64,000 nucleotides of DNA from an uncultured Verrucomicrobiae bacterium. Lineage in GTDB: Bacteria > Verrucomicrobiota > Verrucomicrobiia > Chthoniobacterales > Terrimicrobiaceae. The position numbers and the translations under genes are program-made. Of the stretch, positions 10,622-22,463 are shown piece by piece. The stretch lies in assembly GCA_963706955.1 (NCBI GenBank), contig CAVPOC010000002.1, forward strand, positions 224,001 through 288,000, read 5' to 3'. How positions within the stretch are numbered: the first letter of the stretch is position 1; every line of letters begins with the position of its first letter. The notes under the pieces are model-generated. The model was given only the letters and a program-made list of their open reading frames with translations, did not search any database and was not told the origin of the DNA.

Positions 10622-11737
10622 ATGCCATCGAGCGATTTGGGTCAACTCTTGCTCGTCGGCGTTCCAGGCCCTACGCTGGATGCCGAAGCGGCGGCCTTCT
10701 TTCGGAGTCTTCAGCCGGGAGGATACATTCTCTTTGGGCGAAATATCAGCTCGCCGGCTCAACTGCGTAAGTTGATCGACGATCTTCGCGACCTAAGTCG
10801 GGTCGAACCCATTATCACCATCGATCAGGAGGGCGGCAGGGTTTCCCGCCTGAAGCTTATTGGCAATGAACCTCCCAACGCTCGCCAGCTCCGCGATAAG
10901 GGGGATCCAGCTCTCATCCGCCGACATGGCGACATTACGGGACGGCTGCTCAGGCTTTTCGGCTTCAATCTCGATCTCTGTCCGGTGCTGGACATTTCCT
11001 TCGACGACGAAGCTGACAATTCCTTGCGCGGGCGGTGTTACGGCCGCACGGCGGCAGAGGTCATCGCGAATGCTGAACACTTTAACGCCGCGCTGCGGGC
11101 GACCGGCGTCCTGAGTTGCGGCAAACATTTTCCCGGCTATGCCTGCGCTGGCTTTGACCCTCATCACGAACTTCCCGTGATCGTGCGCTCGCGCGAAGAG
11201 TTGGAGCGCAATGAACTCGCCGTCTTCCGCGAGTTCGTCCGAAAGGTGGATAGCATGATGATCGCGCATATCAGCCTCTCGGGTCTGGAACCTGGCGACC
11301 TGCCCGCTTCGCTTTCTCCAGCTCTTATCCGCGGCCTCTTACGCGAAGAGATGGGTTTCGATGGCTTGGTCATGACCGACGATCTGGACATGGGCGCCAT
11401 CCTCAATCACTACGGCTTCGAGGAGACCATCAGAAAAGGCATCGCAGCTGGCAATGATCTTCTCATGATCTGTCATCGCATCGAGCTTGCCGCCCAGGCT
11501 AAGACCTTGCTGGAAAGCCTGCCCGTCGCCGCCGTCGAGTCCGGCCTCGAGGCGATTGCAAAATTCAAGGCGCGGCTTGTCCCTCCCGACGAGTTCAGCG
11601 AGGCGGCATTCCAAGCGCTGGACGACGGAGGTTTGGGATCTGCGCGTTCGCACTTTGGGGAGACGAGCAGGCTGCCGCGCGAAGTCCCGAGGATGGCAAG
11701 CGCTCCCCGGTCGAGATCTATTAGGGCCGTTGATTGA
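10622..11737 (+). CDS. nagZ: GH3 beta-N-acetylhexosaminidase (3' end probably frameshifted, true stop near 11724)
   Basis: ILFGRN, IDQEGGRVSRL, KHFPGY, DPHHELP, TDDLDMGA. Confidence 0.85.
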   Translation: MPSSDLGQLLLVGVPGPTLDAEAAAFFRSLQPGGYILFGRNISSPAQLRKLIDDLRDLSRVEPIITIDQEGGRVSRLKLIGNEPPNARQLRDKGDPALIRRHGDITGRLLRLFGFNLDLCPVLDISFDDEADNSLRGRCYGRTAAEVIANAEHFNAALRATGVLSCGKHFPGYACAGFDPHHELPVIVRSREELERNELAVFREFVRKVDSMMIAHISLSGLEPGDLPASLSPALIRGLLREEMGFDGLVMTDDLDMGAILNHYGFEETIRKGIAAGNDLLMICHRIELAAQAKTLLESLPVAAVESGLEAIAKFKARLVPPDEFSEAAFQALDDGGLGSARSHFGETSRLPREVPRMASAPRSRSIRAVD

Positions 11738-11784
11738 TTCTGGGGAGCATTGCGGATCGATCAGGGCTTGTCCAAGCGCGCTGC

Positions 11785-11844
11785 TGTAGCGGCGCTGTCC
11801 CCAGCGCCGATGGAGCCTTTGACCGTGAGGACGCGGTCGCTACA
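11785..11844. repeat. GTAG-type REP inverted doublet
   Basis: TGTAGCGGCGCTGTCCCCAGCGCCG ... GACCGTGAGGACGCGGTCGCTACA between convergent genes. Confidence 0.8.
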
Positions 11845-11925
11845 AAGAATCGCGCCGCTCTGTGCGATAGCCTATGGCGACTTTCGGAGATCGCTCTCGA
11901 GACCTCTCAGGAGGCGAGTTCGCTA

Positions 11926-13374
11926 CTATTGCAGCATCGCGAGCAACGGTTGGGGGAAGATGCCAAAGACAATTATCCCGATACTCAGGAAGGCGATCAG
12001 GAATTTGCTCAAGGCGGGAACCGCGATCGTCGGGGCGCCCTCGGGCGCAGGTTGCCAGTACATCGCTCGGACCACCTTCAAATAATAATAAAAGCCGCTT
12101 GCCACCGTGACGGCTCCAATCGCGATGAGCAGGTATTGGTGACTTCGCATCGCCGCTTCAAAAATGAAAAACTTTCCCAGAAAGCCGACGGTGAAGGGAA
12201 GGCCCGCCAAGGAAAGCATCGAGATCAACATCCCTAAGGCTAAGAGCGGCGACCTTCTGCCCAGACCGTTGAAGTCTGAAATCTCATCGCTTCCGGATAC
12301 GCGGGCGACGTGCTGCAGGACGAGAAAGGCCAGAAAAGTCATCAGTAAATAGCCGGCGAGGTAAAATCCAATCACTGGGCCGGAGTGGCCATGCTCAAAG
12401 CTGGCTACCCCAATGAGGAGATAGCCCGCGTGAGCAATGCTAGAGTATCCGAGCAGACGTTTGAGGTTTGTTTGCGGCATCGCGGCAAGATTGCCGTAGA
12501 TCAGTGTGCAAGCGGCCAGGGCGGTCAGGGCAATGAGGAGCTTGGCTTCGATCGTGGAAATTACAAAAAAAGGCTCGAGCACCCTCAGCAGGACGATAAA
12601 ACCAGCCGCTTTCGAGGCGACGGAAAGAAATGCCGTGATGGGAGTCGGCGCGCCTTGATAGACGTCTGGCACCCAAAATTGAAATGGCACCGCGGCGATC
12701 TTAAAGCCAAGGGAAACCAAGACCATGCCCAGGCCAAAGAGCACCGCAACGAGGTAACCCTGCGATAGCAGCGGCAGCGCCTGGCGAATCTCGCGCAAGG
12801 ACGTCTGACCAGTGACGCCGAAGATCCAGGTGATGCCATAAACAATGAACCCGGTGGAGAGCGCTCCCAGGATGAGATACTTCACGCCTGCCTCGAGGCT
12901 GGCGGTATGCTTTCGCATGCTGGCCACCAGCACGTAGAAGCTGACGGTAACGAGCTCAAGCGAGACGAAGATCATGATGAAATCCGCAGCCGAAACCATC
13001 CACATCAAGCCCGCACACGTAAACAGTGGCAGCGTCAGAAATTCCCCCAAGCCGGCCTGTGGAGTCGCCGAGGGAATGAATTGCTCGTAGACGGGTGCGT
13101 ACTCAATCCCAAGGCAAATCGTCAAAATCGTCGAAAGCAAGATAAAGCGCTTAAAGAAGAGGGCTGGCTGATCTACCAGATAAAAGTCCGGAGGAATGAT
13201 GCTCTTTGGCATCGGACCGGTAAGAAATGAAAGCCCCAGGATCGCGAGTAAACCGGCGATGGCCGCCCAGCCAAGCGAGATTTTGTCGATCTTTGAAAAG
13301 CAATCCATCATCAGCAGGAAAATGCCGACGCAGACCACCGAAATCTCGAGCGCGAACGGAGGGATCCAAATCAT
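11926..13374 (-). CDS. nuoN: NADH-quinone oxidoreductase subunit N
   Basis: EAGVKYLILGA, FKIAAVPFQFWVPDVYQGAP, KRLLGYSSIAHAGY; last gene of the nuo run. Confidence 0.95.
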   Translation of the reverse strand: MIWIPPFALEISVVCVGIFLLMMDCFSKIDKISLGWAAIAGLLAILGLSFLTGPMPKSIIPPDFYLVDQPALFFKRFILLSTILTICLGIEYAPVYEQFIPSATPQAGLGEFLTLPLFTCAGLMWMVSAADFIMIFVSLELVTVSFYVLVASMRKHTASLEAGVKYLILGALSTGFIVYGITWIFGVTGQTSLREIRQALPLLSQGYLVAVLFGLGMVLVSLGFKIAAVPFQFWVPDVYQGAPTPITAFLSVASKAAGFIVLLRVLEPFFVISTIEAKLLIALTALAACTLIYGNLAAMPQTNLKRLLGYSSIAHAGYLLIGVASFEHGHSGPVIGFYLAGYLLMTFLAFLVLQHVARVSGSDEISDFNGLGRRSPLLALGMLISMLSLAGLPFTVGFLGKFFIFEAAMRSHQYLLIAIGAVTVASGFYYYLKVVRAMYWQPAPEGAPTIAVPALSKFLIAFLSIGIIVFGIFPQPLLAMLQ

Positions 13375-14842
13375 GGCCACATCAAAGCGGGCGTGACATA
13401 GTTCAGGACGATCTGCGGGAAGAATCCTGTCAGGAGCAGCAGGAAGATAAGCCCGGCGATGCAAATCCGGGGGAGAGCACCAATGTCCGGCAGGGTCTTC
13501 CATTTATCGCCGATCGGACCCATAAAAATCCGTCGGTAGGAGCGGAGCAGAAAGACCGCTGAAATCACCACGCCCCAAACCGCCACTACCGCTGCAATTT
13601 GAAACTCGTTGAGGCCGACCTTGACCGGCACACCGGCTGAGAACGCCCCGAAGAAGATCATCAGCTCGGCCGCAAAATTCGCGAAGCCAGGCAGGCCGAC
13701 CGCGGCCATCGTCGCAAAACCGAAAAGCAGCCCGAAGGTGGGCATGACTTTGGCAAGCCCTCCGAGCTCGGCGAAATCAAGTGTTCCTGTCCTTTCGCGG
13801 AGTTCGCCGCTGAGCGCGAAGAGCGCTGCGATCGATAATCCATGCGCGACCAGCATCAGCGCGGCGCCCGCCAATCCCAGCGTCTTCCATGTCAAAAGGC
13901 CCAGGAAAAGATAACCCATATGCATGACGCTGGCGTAGCCGAGCATCAGATCCAGCTTGCGCTGCGAGATCGTGACATACCCTACATAGAGGATGTTTCC
14001 AAGGACCAGGACCAAGAGAAGCGTATTCAATCCCTCGGAGAGGTTCGGCGGAAAGACCGGCAGGATCAGTCGGAAAATCCCATAGAGTCCAAACTTTTTG
14101 AGAACGCCGGCATGCAAGCATTGCTGCCGGTGCGGGCGCCGACGCGTACGCCTGGGGCGCCCAGGTATGAAACGGAAAAAGGGAGACCAAAATCCCAAAG
14201 CCAAGCACGATCAAGATGTAGACGGTCGCGCTGGGTTGGGCGGCACCGGACGAGGCCAACTCCGCGATGCGCCGCATGTCAAAAGTGCGATCGCTCTCCG
14301 GCAGGCTCAGGTAGAGGCCAAGCAAACCGATCAGAAGAATGAAGCTGCCAAAGGCCAGGTAGGTCGTCACTTTCCAGGCGGCGGCCTGGCGGTCGCCCGA
14401 TCCCCAGATGCCGATCAGCAAGAATGTCGGGATGAGCGCGAGCTCATGGAACATGTAAAAGAAAAATGTGTCGAGGGAGGCAAAAGCGCCGATCGCCCCG
14501 GCGGAGATGAAGAGCAGGACTGGCATAGAACCAGTTTCCGTTCTTCGGAGGCGTCCGCGCGACACAAACCGCCGCCAGCGTTACCGCCGTTGACATGAGG
14601 AGAACGGCAACGCTCAATCCATCCGCTCCCAGCGTGAAGTGAATGCCCAGTGATGGAACTACCGGATACGAGCTGATGAACTGGTAGCCTCCGGTAGGCT
14701 GGCACATGCCAAAGATGATCAGACTCGCCAGGAAGTTTAGCATGGATGCCACCACCGCCGTGTTTCGGGCCTGTGTTCCCGCGATAATCAGGATCGCACC
14801 CGCGATCGGCAGGACAACAAGGCAAAGCAACGGGCTGATCAT
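13371..14842 (-). CDS. nuoM: NADH-quinone oxidoreductase subunit M (frameshifts)
   Basis: LGADGLS, ELALIPTFLLIGIWG, PFHTWAP, AHGL, GLPGFANF. Confidence 0.92.
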
Positions 14843-16643
14843 GCCAACAAGATGTAAATCAGACCTACTACTCCGGCGCCAAAGAAGAAGGAGTAAGCCT
14901 GGATGTTCCCCAATTGAAGAAAGCGTAGGACGTATCCGCAGGCCCACGTGAATCGGGCGGGAAGTTGCACCACGAAGAGGTCAATAATCCAACGATCGAC
15001 CCAGCCACTGAGCATCGCCAAACCGTCCTGCCCGGTTCGCACGAACCAGTTGTAGAAGTCGTCGATGTAAAGCCGATTGGCAAAGAGCGGAATGACGAAT
15101 CGGATCCTTCGCCGGTTTCCAATAGAGCACGAGGGCGAGCCCGCCACCTAAAACGAAGAGCGCCAAGAGAGCGTAGTGCAAGGCCTCAGGCACGTGCTCG
15201 GGCTCCTCGATGTGAAAAAAGATCTTCTCGACCTGCGCATAGCCCGCCCCGAATGCCGGGATTGCCAGGAGCATGAGAGGGATAACCATCACCGCGGGTG
15301 ATTCGTGGGCATGCTCGGCAGTCTCGCTTCGGGGAGGACCGAGAAATACGACCGCCAGGAGCCGAAACATATAGAAGGCGGTCAGTCCCGCTGTTGCCAC
15401 GGCGATCCAGCCAAGGATCGGTTTTTCAACCACCGCCCAGGCGATGATCAGGTCCTTGCTGAAATAGCCACTGAATCCCGGGCAACCTGTCAATGCCAAG
15501 GTTCCCACGATAAGGCATGCAAAAGTCAACGGAGTCTTTCCCTTGAGCCCGCCCATCTGCCAGATGTCCTGTTCGTGATGAAGCGCGACAATCACGGAAC
15601 CCGCACACAGGAAGAGCAGGCATTTGAAAAAGGCATGCGTAAAGAGGTGAAACATCGGCACGTCGGGCACTGGAGCGACGCCGACTCCCAGCACCATGTA
15701 GCCAAGCTGCGAGATCGTTGAATAGGCCAGGATGCGCTTGATATCGTTCTGCTGTGTCGCCATCAGCGCCGCCGCCAGACAGGTGAGGGCGCCTACCCAG
15801 GCGATCACGTCCCTCGCCATCGGCGCGACAACCAGAAGCGGAAAGACGCGCGCCAGCATATACACGCCCGCCGCCACCATCGTGGCCGCATGAAGCAGCG
15901 AGGAAACCGGAGTGGGGCCTTCCATGGAATTCGGAAGCCAGACATGAAGGGGCAACTGCGCGGATTTTCCCACTGCGCCGCAGAACACTAAAATACAGGC
16001 GATGTTCAGATAGAGGCTTTGTGATTCGAGCAAAGGAACTTTGGCAAAGATCTCGCCGAAGATGACCGAACCGGCGGCATGCCAAAGCATGAGGATGCCG
16101 AGCATGAACCCAAAGTCACCGATCCGATTGACGATGAAGGCTTGCTTGCACGCGTCGGCGGCCGAAGCCCTGCCGTAGTAATGTCCAATCAGGATATAGG
16201 AGCTGACGCCGACCAACTCCCAAAAGATGAACATCATGACAAAGTTGTTCGCCAGGACGATGCCGAGCATCGAGAAGAGGAATAGCGCCAGCCCGGCGAA
16301 GTAACGCCAATAGCCCTCTTCATGAGCCATGTAGCCGATCGAGTAGATGAAGACCAGGGGAGCAATCGTATTGACCACGACAAGCATCGTCCTGCTGAGC
16401 GGATCGACGATCATACCAATGGGAACGGTGAAGACGTCGCGAATGTTGATCCAAGGAGACCTGATTCGGTGTGACGTCGCCTGGCTGAAAGAAGAGCCAC
16501 CAGCTAAGCGCCGATGAGAGCAAGGCAGCGCCAATCGCCAGGCCGGCACTAAACTTCCGCGAGTATTTTCCGAAGAAGAGGATGAGGGCAGCGGAAACCA
16601 GCGGCGCGAAGAGAATAATCCAGGGAACCGTGGCGGCGCTCAT
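14839..16643 (-). CDS. nuoL: NADH-quinone oxidoreductase subunit L (frameshifts)
   Basis: WELVGVSSY, NRIGDFG, GKSAQLPLHVWLP..MEGPTPVS, THAFFKCLLF. Confidence 0.94.
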
Positions 16644-16966
16644 CAGAATTTCATGCTGGTGAGATCCTCAACATGGATGGTCTGCTTGGCGCGAAAGAGC
16701 GCCACAATGATGGCCAGACCCACCGCCACCTCCGCGGCCGCCACGGTGATCACGAAAAATACAAGCACCTGTCCGTTGTAATTCGGCAAGCCGGCAACGT
16801 TAACATTGAAGCGCGAAAACGCTACCAACGAGAGGTTGGCGGCGTTGAGCATAAGCTCGAGGCACATGAATATTACAATGATGTTCCTCCGCACAATGAC
16901 ACCGGCCAGGCCGATGGTAAAAAGCAGGCCACTCACGGCCAGGTAATGTCCAAGAGTTGGGGTCAC
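16643..16966 (-). CDS. nuoK: NADH-quinone oxidoreductase subunit K
   Basis: [25 protein letters not shown]. Confidence 0.95.
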   Translation of the reverse strand: MTPTLGHYLAVSGLLFTIGLAGVIVRRNIIVIFMCLELMLNAANLSLVAFSRFNVNVAGLPNYNGQVLVFFVITVAAAEVAVGLAIIVALFRAKQTIHVEDLTSMKF

Positions 16967-17464
16967 TTGAGCTCCCTTCTGCTGAGCACGACCACCCCGA
17001 CAGTGGCGACCAGCAGAAGCACACCGACGATCTGGAACGGGAGATTGAAATAACGAAAGAGCATTAATCCGATCGCGGTGACATCGCTGATCTGCGTGGA
17101 AACTGGCGGCTTCTCCAAATCAAAACCCAGTTCGGACGAAAGAACCTTTCCAAGCAAACCGACCAGCCCGAAGACCACAAGTCCGCCGCCCGTCCACGCT
17201 CCGATATTGAGATTGCGGGGACGCTCAGCTGCGGAGATCCAGAAGCATGATGATGAAGAGAAAGAGCACCATCACCGCGCCCGCATAGACGAGCACCTGC
17301 ACGACTCCTATAAAGAAGGCGTCCAGAGTCACGAAGAGGGCGGCCATGAAGACAAGGGAAACCACCAGGCTCAGGGCGCTCGACACCGGATTACGCAGGA
17401 AAATGACGGCCGCTCCAAAGATGAGCATGAGCAGGGAGAAAATCCAGAACAGAGCGAGCTGCAT
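16963..17464 (-). CDS. nuoJ: NADH-quinone oxidoreductase subunit J (frameshift near 17225)
   Basis: [41 protein letters not shown]. Confidence 0.92.
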
Positions 17465-17512
17465 ATTGGACGGTGGAGCGAAACGGGTTTTAGCAGCGTC
17501 GCGTGGACAGTG

Positions 17513-18043
17513 CTATTTCTTTTCGTTCCACTTATAGACCAGCCCCTCGACCACTCCGCCCATCTCGTAGAGTTTCTCCTTATCGTGGACCATTTCCCGG
17601 CGCGTGTAACCGGTAATTGAATACTCCTTTTTGAGAAAAATCGCCTCCTCAGGGCAGACTTCTTCGCACAACCCGCAATAGATGCAGCGGATCATGTCGA
17701 TTTCGAATGAGTGGGGGCGTTTTTCCACCTTCGCCCAGCGATCGGGGGAAGGGATCTCCTCGGGAACGATGGTGATGGCTCGCGGGGGACAGATGAACTC
17801 GCACAGTTGGCAGGCGACGCAACGATCTTTGCCATGCTCGTCCTTCACCAGGGCAGGGGCGCCACGATACCAGGGCGGAAGATGCGCGTCCCATCGCTGC
17901 TCGGGATACTGCATCGTCGTGTGCGTTTTTCCCGAAATGAGTCTCTTGAAGTGCTTTAGGGTGATGGCCAGCCCAGTAGCTATCGCCGGCAAATAGAGCC
18001 GCTCGACGAAAGTCAATTTCGGGCGCTTGACAACCATGGCCAT
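17513..18043 (-). CDS. nuoI: NADH-quinone oxidoreductase subunit I
   Basis: Two 4Fe-4S motifs, CVACQLCEFICP and CIYCGLCEEVCP. Confidence 0.95.
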   Translation of the reverse strand: MAMVVKRPKLTFVERLYLPAIATGLAITLKHFKRLISGKTHTTMQYPEQRWDAHLPPWYRGAPALVKDEHGKDRCVACQLCEFICPPRAITIVPEEIPSPDRWAKVEKRPHSFEIDMIRCIYCGLCEEVCPEEAIFLKKEYSITGYTRREMVHDKEKLYEMGGVVEGLVYKWNEKK

Positions 18044-18263
18044 TGTTCTCCTTGGAACTTGTAGAGAACGATCCCTCCGTGCAAGCCCGGATGTGGTTAT
18101 TCCCCGATTCGCAGCCAGCCTGTTCGGAGTTCAGCGCGAACGGTCGGCCAAGAGGCTGGAGCGCCCCTGAGCGGAAGAAAGAGAACACAGGGGCGGTTCG
18201 CATCGGATAGATGAATATGACCAATTCTTGCGCTATTGGTCATTCCAACCGGGACATTGGACT

Positions 18264-20606
18264 GTGCAACTCACTGAAAAATTTCTCATCGCGATGGGAG
18301 GCTGGCAGGCGTTTAAGGAGGCCAGGGCGCTCCACGCCGCCGGTCGCGTCCTCGAAGCGAGCTACGAGCCGCCCTTGCTCAAGGGCAGGCTCACGGAGGG
18401 AGGCAAGTCTTTTCTCGCCGGACTGCAGTTGCGGAACGCTATCGATGTCGAGAATCTCTGTTTGTGCCGCGATTCGCGGGTGCGGGGAATCATCTGCGCG
18501 CATTCGCTCGCGGTGGCTCTGCAGGTGATCAAACCGGTCACGGGCGGGCAAACGACCGCACCCCGTGATCCGATCACGAGATCTTCTCTTTCGCGCCGGC
18601 AAACCGAGGAAGAACCACAGGTCGAGCTCAGGCTGGAAGGTTCGCTGCGACACTTGGAAGTCGAAATCCACTTTCGCTATACCAAACCCGATGTCGGCAA
18701 TAGCGCCCGCGAAACCGAGGCAATCGCGGAATTGGTGGGATGTGGATTCACCGAAGACAATGGCAAAGCTGTGCTCCGAGGCGAAGACGCGATCGTGCGC
18801 TTCTTTTCGGCCGGACTTCCGAGGCTTCGCCAGAAATGGCAGGTGAACGAAGGTGAGCGATTTCGGCATGTCACTCGCGACTTCGTTCGCCTCGAGCCTC
18901 AATTTGCGATCCGGGAACAGAGCGACGGCTGGCTGGACTTTCATGTCCACTATACAGCGGGCAGAGAAGCGATCTTTTCATCAGCCGACGTGAATCGGCT
19001 TCTTCAGACCGGGAGCGGCCACTTTCGTCTGAAGGACGGAAAGATTGCCGTCGCGGATTCTGAGCTTGCGTCGGACTTGGAAGAAGTGCTGCGCGACTGT
19101 GATCCGCGGCAGGAGGTCGGCGGTTACCGCATCCCGACCGTCCAGCGAGGATATCTTGAAGCCAGTGTCGCATCGTGGAAAGGAAGGAACGCTTCGGAAT
19201 CAGGCTCTCCTCTAGACATCCCGGAAACCGGCCTCGGCACGATGAAGGAGAAGCTGCGACCGTATCAAGTTCAAGGTGCCGCCTGGTTGCTGGAGCGCGC
19301 TCGGCGCAGAGAGGGAGCCTTGCTGGCAGATGAAATGGGGCTTGGCAAGACGGTGCAAACGCTCGCGCTTGTTGAAGCCCTCCCCGGCACCATCCTGGTG
19401 GTCTGCCCTTCGTCGCTTGTGTGGAACTGGAAGAGCGAGGCGGCCCATTTTCTCCCCGACTTGCCTGTGCTCGGGCTGGACGGTCCGGACCGCGAGAAAC
19501 GCTTTGCTGACGTGTTTACATCACGTCTGGTTATTACCAGTTATGCCCTCTTGCGGCGGGATATCGATCGCTACAAAGGCATGACTTTCTCTGCCGTGGT
19601 CTTGGACGAGGCCCAGCACATCAAGAACCCGGATAGCCAAAACGCCCGGGCGGCCTGCGCGCTGCAGGCGCAGAGTCGTTTCATCCTCACGGGAACTCCC
19701 CTGGAGAATTCCCTACGCGACCTCTGGTCTCTCTTCGAGTTTTTGCTTCCTGGCTATCTCGGTAGCCGCCGTGATTTTAAAGATCGTTATGAAATCCCGC
19801 TTCTAAACGGCGAACGCGGGGCGCTCTGGAATCGGCTTGCCCGGCGTTTGCGCCCTTACCTGATGCGCCGTCGCAAACAGGAAATTCTTTCCGAGCTTCC
19901 CGATAAGATCGAGCAGGTCCTCGAGGTGGAATTGAGCCCCGAACAGAAGTCCGCCTACACGGAGCTCCAGCTCGCGGCGCGGACTCAGATCGATCAGCTT
20001 CGCCAGCAGTCCTCGGGAGCAGCTCGCATGCGCGTGCTGACAGCCCTTCTTCGGTTGAGACAGGCGTGCTGCGATCTACGGCTGCTGGGCAAGGAGGGCT
20101 CCTCATCCGCGAAGCTCAACGCCTTGCTCGAGCTCCTGCAGGAAGCAATCGACAGCGGTCACCGCACATTGGTCTTCAGCCAATTCACAGCGATGCTCGA
20201 TATCATCGCGGACGCCCTCGAGAATACAGGCATTGCGTTTTGTCGCCTTGACGGCGCCACCCGAGACCGTCAAGCGGTGGTCGAGCGTTTCCAAAACGAT
20301 GAAAGCATCCCGGTTTTTCTCATCAGCCTGAAGGCCGGCGGTGTGGGACTTAATCTTACCGCGGCCGATACCGTCATTCACTTCGACCCTTGGTGGAACC
20401 CGGCCGTGGAGGCACAAGCCACTGACCGCGCCCACCGCATCGGCCAACGGCGCGTAGTCACCTCGATCAAACTCATCGCCCGAGACACCGTGGAAGAGCG
20501 TATCGTTCGGATGCAGGAGAAAAAACGTGAGCTGCTCGAGGGAACGGTCGATGCACAGACGGCTCTCGAGCAGCTTTCGCCCGAGGATCTTGGCGAGCTG
20601 GTCTAA
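18264..20606 (+). CDS. SWIM zinc-finger SNF2/SWI2 family helicase
   Basis: CLC...CAH SWIM motif; LRPYQ, LADEMGLGKT, LDEAQHIKN, TGTPLEN, DPWWNPA, DRAHRIGQ. Confidence 0.93.
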   Translation: MQLTEKFLIAMGGWQAFKEARALHAAGRVLEASYEPPLLKGRLTEGGKSFLAGLQLRNAIDVENLCLCRDSRVRGIICAHSLAVALQVIKPVTGGQTTAPRDPITRSSLSRRQTEEEPQVELRLEGSLRHLEVEIHFRYTKPDVGNSARETEAIAELVGCGFTEDNGKAVLRGEDAIVRFFSAGLPRLRQKWQVNEGERFRHVTRDFVRLEPQFAIREQSDGWLDFHVHYTAGREAIFSSADVNRLLQTGSGHFRLKDGKIAVADSELASDLEEVLRDCDPRQEVGGYRIPTVQRGYLEASVASWKGRNASESGSPLDIPETGLGTMKEKLRPYQVQGAAWLLERARRREGALLADEMGLGKTVQTLALVEALPGTILVVCPSSLVWNWKSEAAHFLPDLPVLGLDGPDREKRFADVFTSRLVITSYALLRRDIDRYKGMTFSAVVLDEAQHIKNPDSQNARAACALQAQSRFILTGTPLENSLRDLWSLFEFLLPGYLGSRRDFKDRYEIPLLNGERGALWNRLARRLRPYLMRRRKQEILSELPDKIEQVLEVELSPEQKSAYTELQLAARTQIDQLRQQSSGAARMRVLTALLRLRQACCDLRLLGKEGSSSAKLNALLELLQEAIDSGHRTLVFSQFTAMLDIIADALENTGIAFCRLDGATRDRQAVVERFQNDESIPVFLISLKAGGVGLNLTAADTVIHFDPWWNPAVEAQATDRAHRIGQRRVVTSIKLIARDTVEERIVRMQEKKRELLEGTVDAQTALEQLSPEDLGELV

Positions 20607-20691
20607 GAGGATTCCGGAAAAGCCGCTGCAATGCGCCGTCGGACCTGAGTGAGACCATCGCCGCAAAGTATCTGCGGAGCGCACGCGTCTT

Positions 20692-20751
20692 TGTAGCGGC
20701 GATGTCCCCATCGCCGGAAATACCCTCGACCGTGAGCCCACGGTCGCTACA
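20692..20751. repeat. GTAG-type REP inverted doublet
   Basis: TGTAGCGGCGATGTCCCCATCGCCG ... CGACCGTGAGCCCACGGTCGCTACA. Confidence 0.8.
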
Positions 20752-20953
20752 GATGTCTTCGGCGACACGTCCGACAGCTGCCCGACACTCCAAAAATCGC
20801 CGTCGCCATCGGTGCCTAATTCCCCTGAGGCTCAATGGGCGCGATTCACCGATGGCTCGGCCGTGGCATCGTTCTCACAAGGCGATGCTCTCCGCGCTTG
20901 CACTCCAGCGGTCTTTTCCGGAAAGCTGTGGATCCCTCTAATCAATTAAGCAC

Positions 20954-21938
20954 ATGAAAAAGCGGACGTTTGACAAAACTGGTGTGGAAGTATCGGAAGT
21001 TGGTCTGGGTTGTTGGCAACTCGGCGGCGCGGATTGGGGAGATGTTTCGGACGAGAAGGCGCTCGCAATCCTCGCCGCTGCTGTCGAGGCGGGGGTGACC
21101 TTCTTTGATACGGCTGACGTCTATGGGAATGGTCGCAGCGAAAGCTTGATCGGACGCTTTTTAAAGCAGACTTCCGAGCCAATCTTCGTCGCTACCAAGC
21201 TTGGCCGAATGTCAGACCTTTACCCCGACAAGTATTCCGAAGAGGGAGTTCGAAAAGCCATCGAAGCATCCTTGCGCCGGCTCGAGGTCGAGGCGCTCGA
21301 CTTGACGCAGCTCCATTGCGTTCCAACAGAAATCATGCGCCAGGGTGAAATCTTCGAATGGCTGCGCAAATGTCAAAAGGAAGGCAAGATCAAGAGTTTC
21401 GGAGCGAGCGTTGAATCGATGGAGGAAGCGCTGATTTGTCTCGAGCAACCGGACTTCGCTTCGCTCCAGATCATTTTCAACATTTTTCGGCAGAAGCCGA
21501 TCGTCTCGCTTTTTCCTCATGCGAAGGAGAAGGAAGTGGCCATCATCGTCAGGCTGCCTCTGGCTAGCGGATTACTTTCCGGCAAAGATGAACAAGGACA
21601 CGAAATTCGCCGCGACCGATCATCGCTCCTATAACCGCGACGGGCAGCAGTTCAGTGTGGGGGAAACTTTTGCCGGCCTGCCATTTGAGAAGGGTGTCGA
21701 GTTGGCAGAAGATTTGAAGGACTTTGTGCCCGAAGCGCTAACCATGGCACAATTCGCGCAGCGCTGGATCCTCGACCACGAGGAGGTCTCCGTGATCATC
21801 CCCGGGGCCACTTCTGCCGACCAGGCCCGAGCCAATGCGAGTATCTCTGAGCTTCCCCCTCTCAGTCAGCCGCTGCACGAACGTCTGGCGAACTATTATC
21901 AGGGCAAGGTGTATCCTTTCATTCGTGGCCCGTATTGA
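20954..21938 (+). CDS. Aldo/keto reductase (frameshift near 21585)
   Basis: GLGCWQLGG, FFDTADVYG, ATK, QLH, PLASGLLSGK, IIPG. Confidence 0.92.
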
Positions 21939-21982
21939 GCGGAATCTTGCCGGCACCGTTCTTCTGACGTAGTGGTGCCTTC

Positions 21983-22432
21983 ATGCGTATCGCCTCATTA
22001 ACAATCGCTTTCGCGCTCGTCTTTATGTCCTTCACAAACGCGCAATCCGGCCTTCAGGAAGGGGAGCGTTTTCTCAAGGAAAATGCCACCAAACCTGGCG
22101 TCAACACGACTTCCTCCGGTCTCCAGTACAAGGTGCTTCAGGAGGGGACGGGCAAGAGTCCGAAGGCGACAGATGTCGTCGTCGTCAATTACCGTGGGAC
22201 GCTCATCAACGGCAAAGAGTTTGACAGCTCCTACAAGGCCGGAAAGCCGATCGAGTTTCCTCTGAATCGTGTCATTCCTGGTTGGACCGAAGGTGTCCAG
22301 CTGATGAAGGAAGGTGCGAAGTACGAATTCTATATTCCTCCGAATCTGGCCTATGGTTCTCGCGGGGCCGGCGGGGTCATTGGTCCGGACGAAACCCTGA
22401 TCTTTGAAGTGGAATTGCTTAAGGTCAGGTAG
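21983..22432 (+). CDS. FKBP-type peptidyl-prolyl isomerase with signal peptide
   Basis: SGLQYKV, YRGTL..EFDSS, VIPGWTEG, LIFEVELL. Confidence 0.95.
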   Translation: MRIASLTIAFALVFMSFTNAQSGLQEGERFLKENATKPGVNTTSSGLQYKVLQEGTGKSPKATDVVVVNYRGTLINGKEFDSSYKAGKPIEFPLNRVIPGWTEGVQLMKEGAKYEFYIPPNLAYGSRGAGGVIGPDETLIFEVELLKVR

Positions 22433-22463
22433 GCTGGGCTGAGCGCCGCTGGTCATCACCCTG

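Noticed and set aside
10022..17464. Pseudogenisation or programmed frameshifting of nadD and nuoJ/L/M
   Set aside because: Indels are spread across unrelated conserved genes, which is best explained by sequencing error.
18264..20606. SNF2 helicase as part of a defence system (Zorya or DISARM-like)
   Set aside because: It has the ordinary SWIM-SNF2 architecture, sits among core genes and has no partner defence genes.
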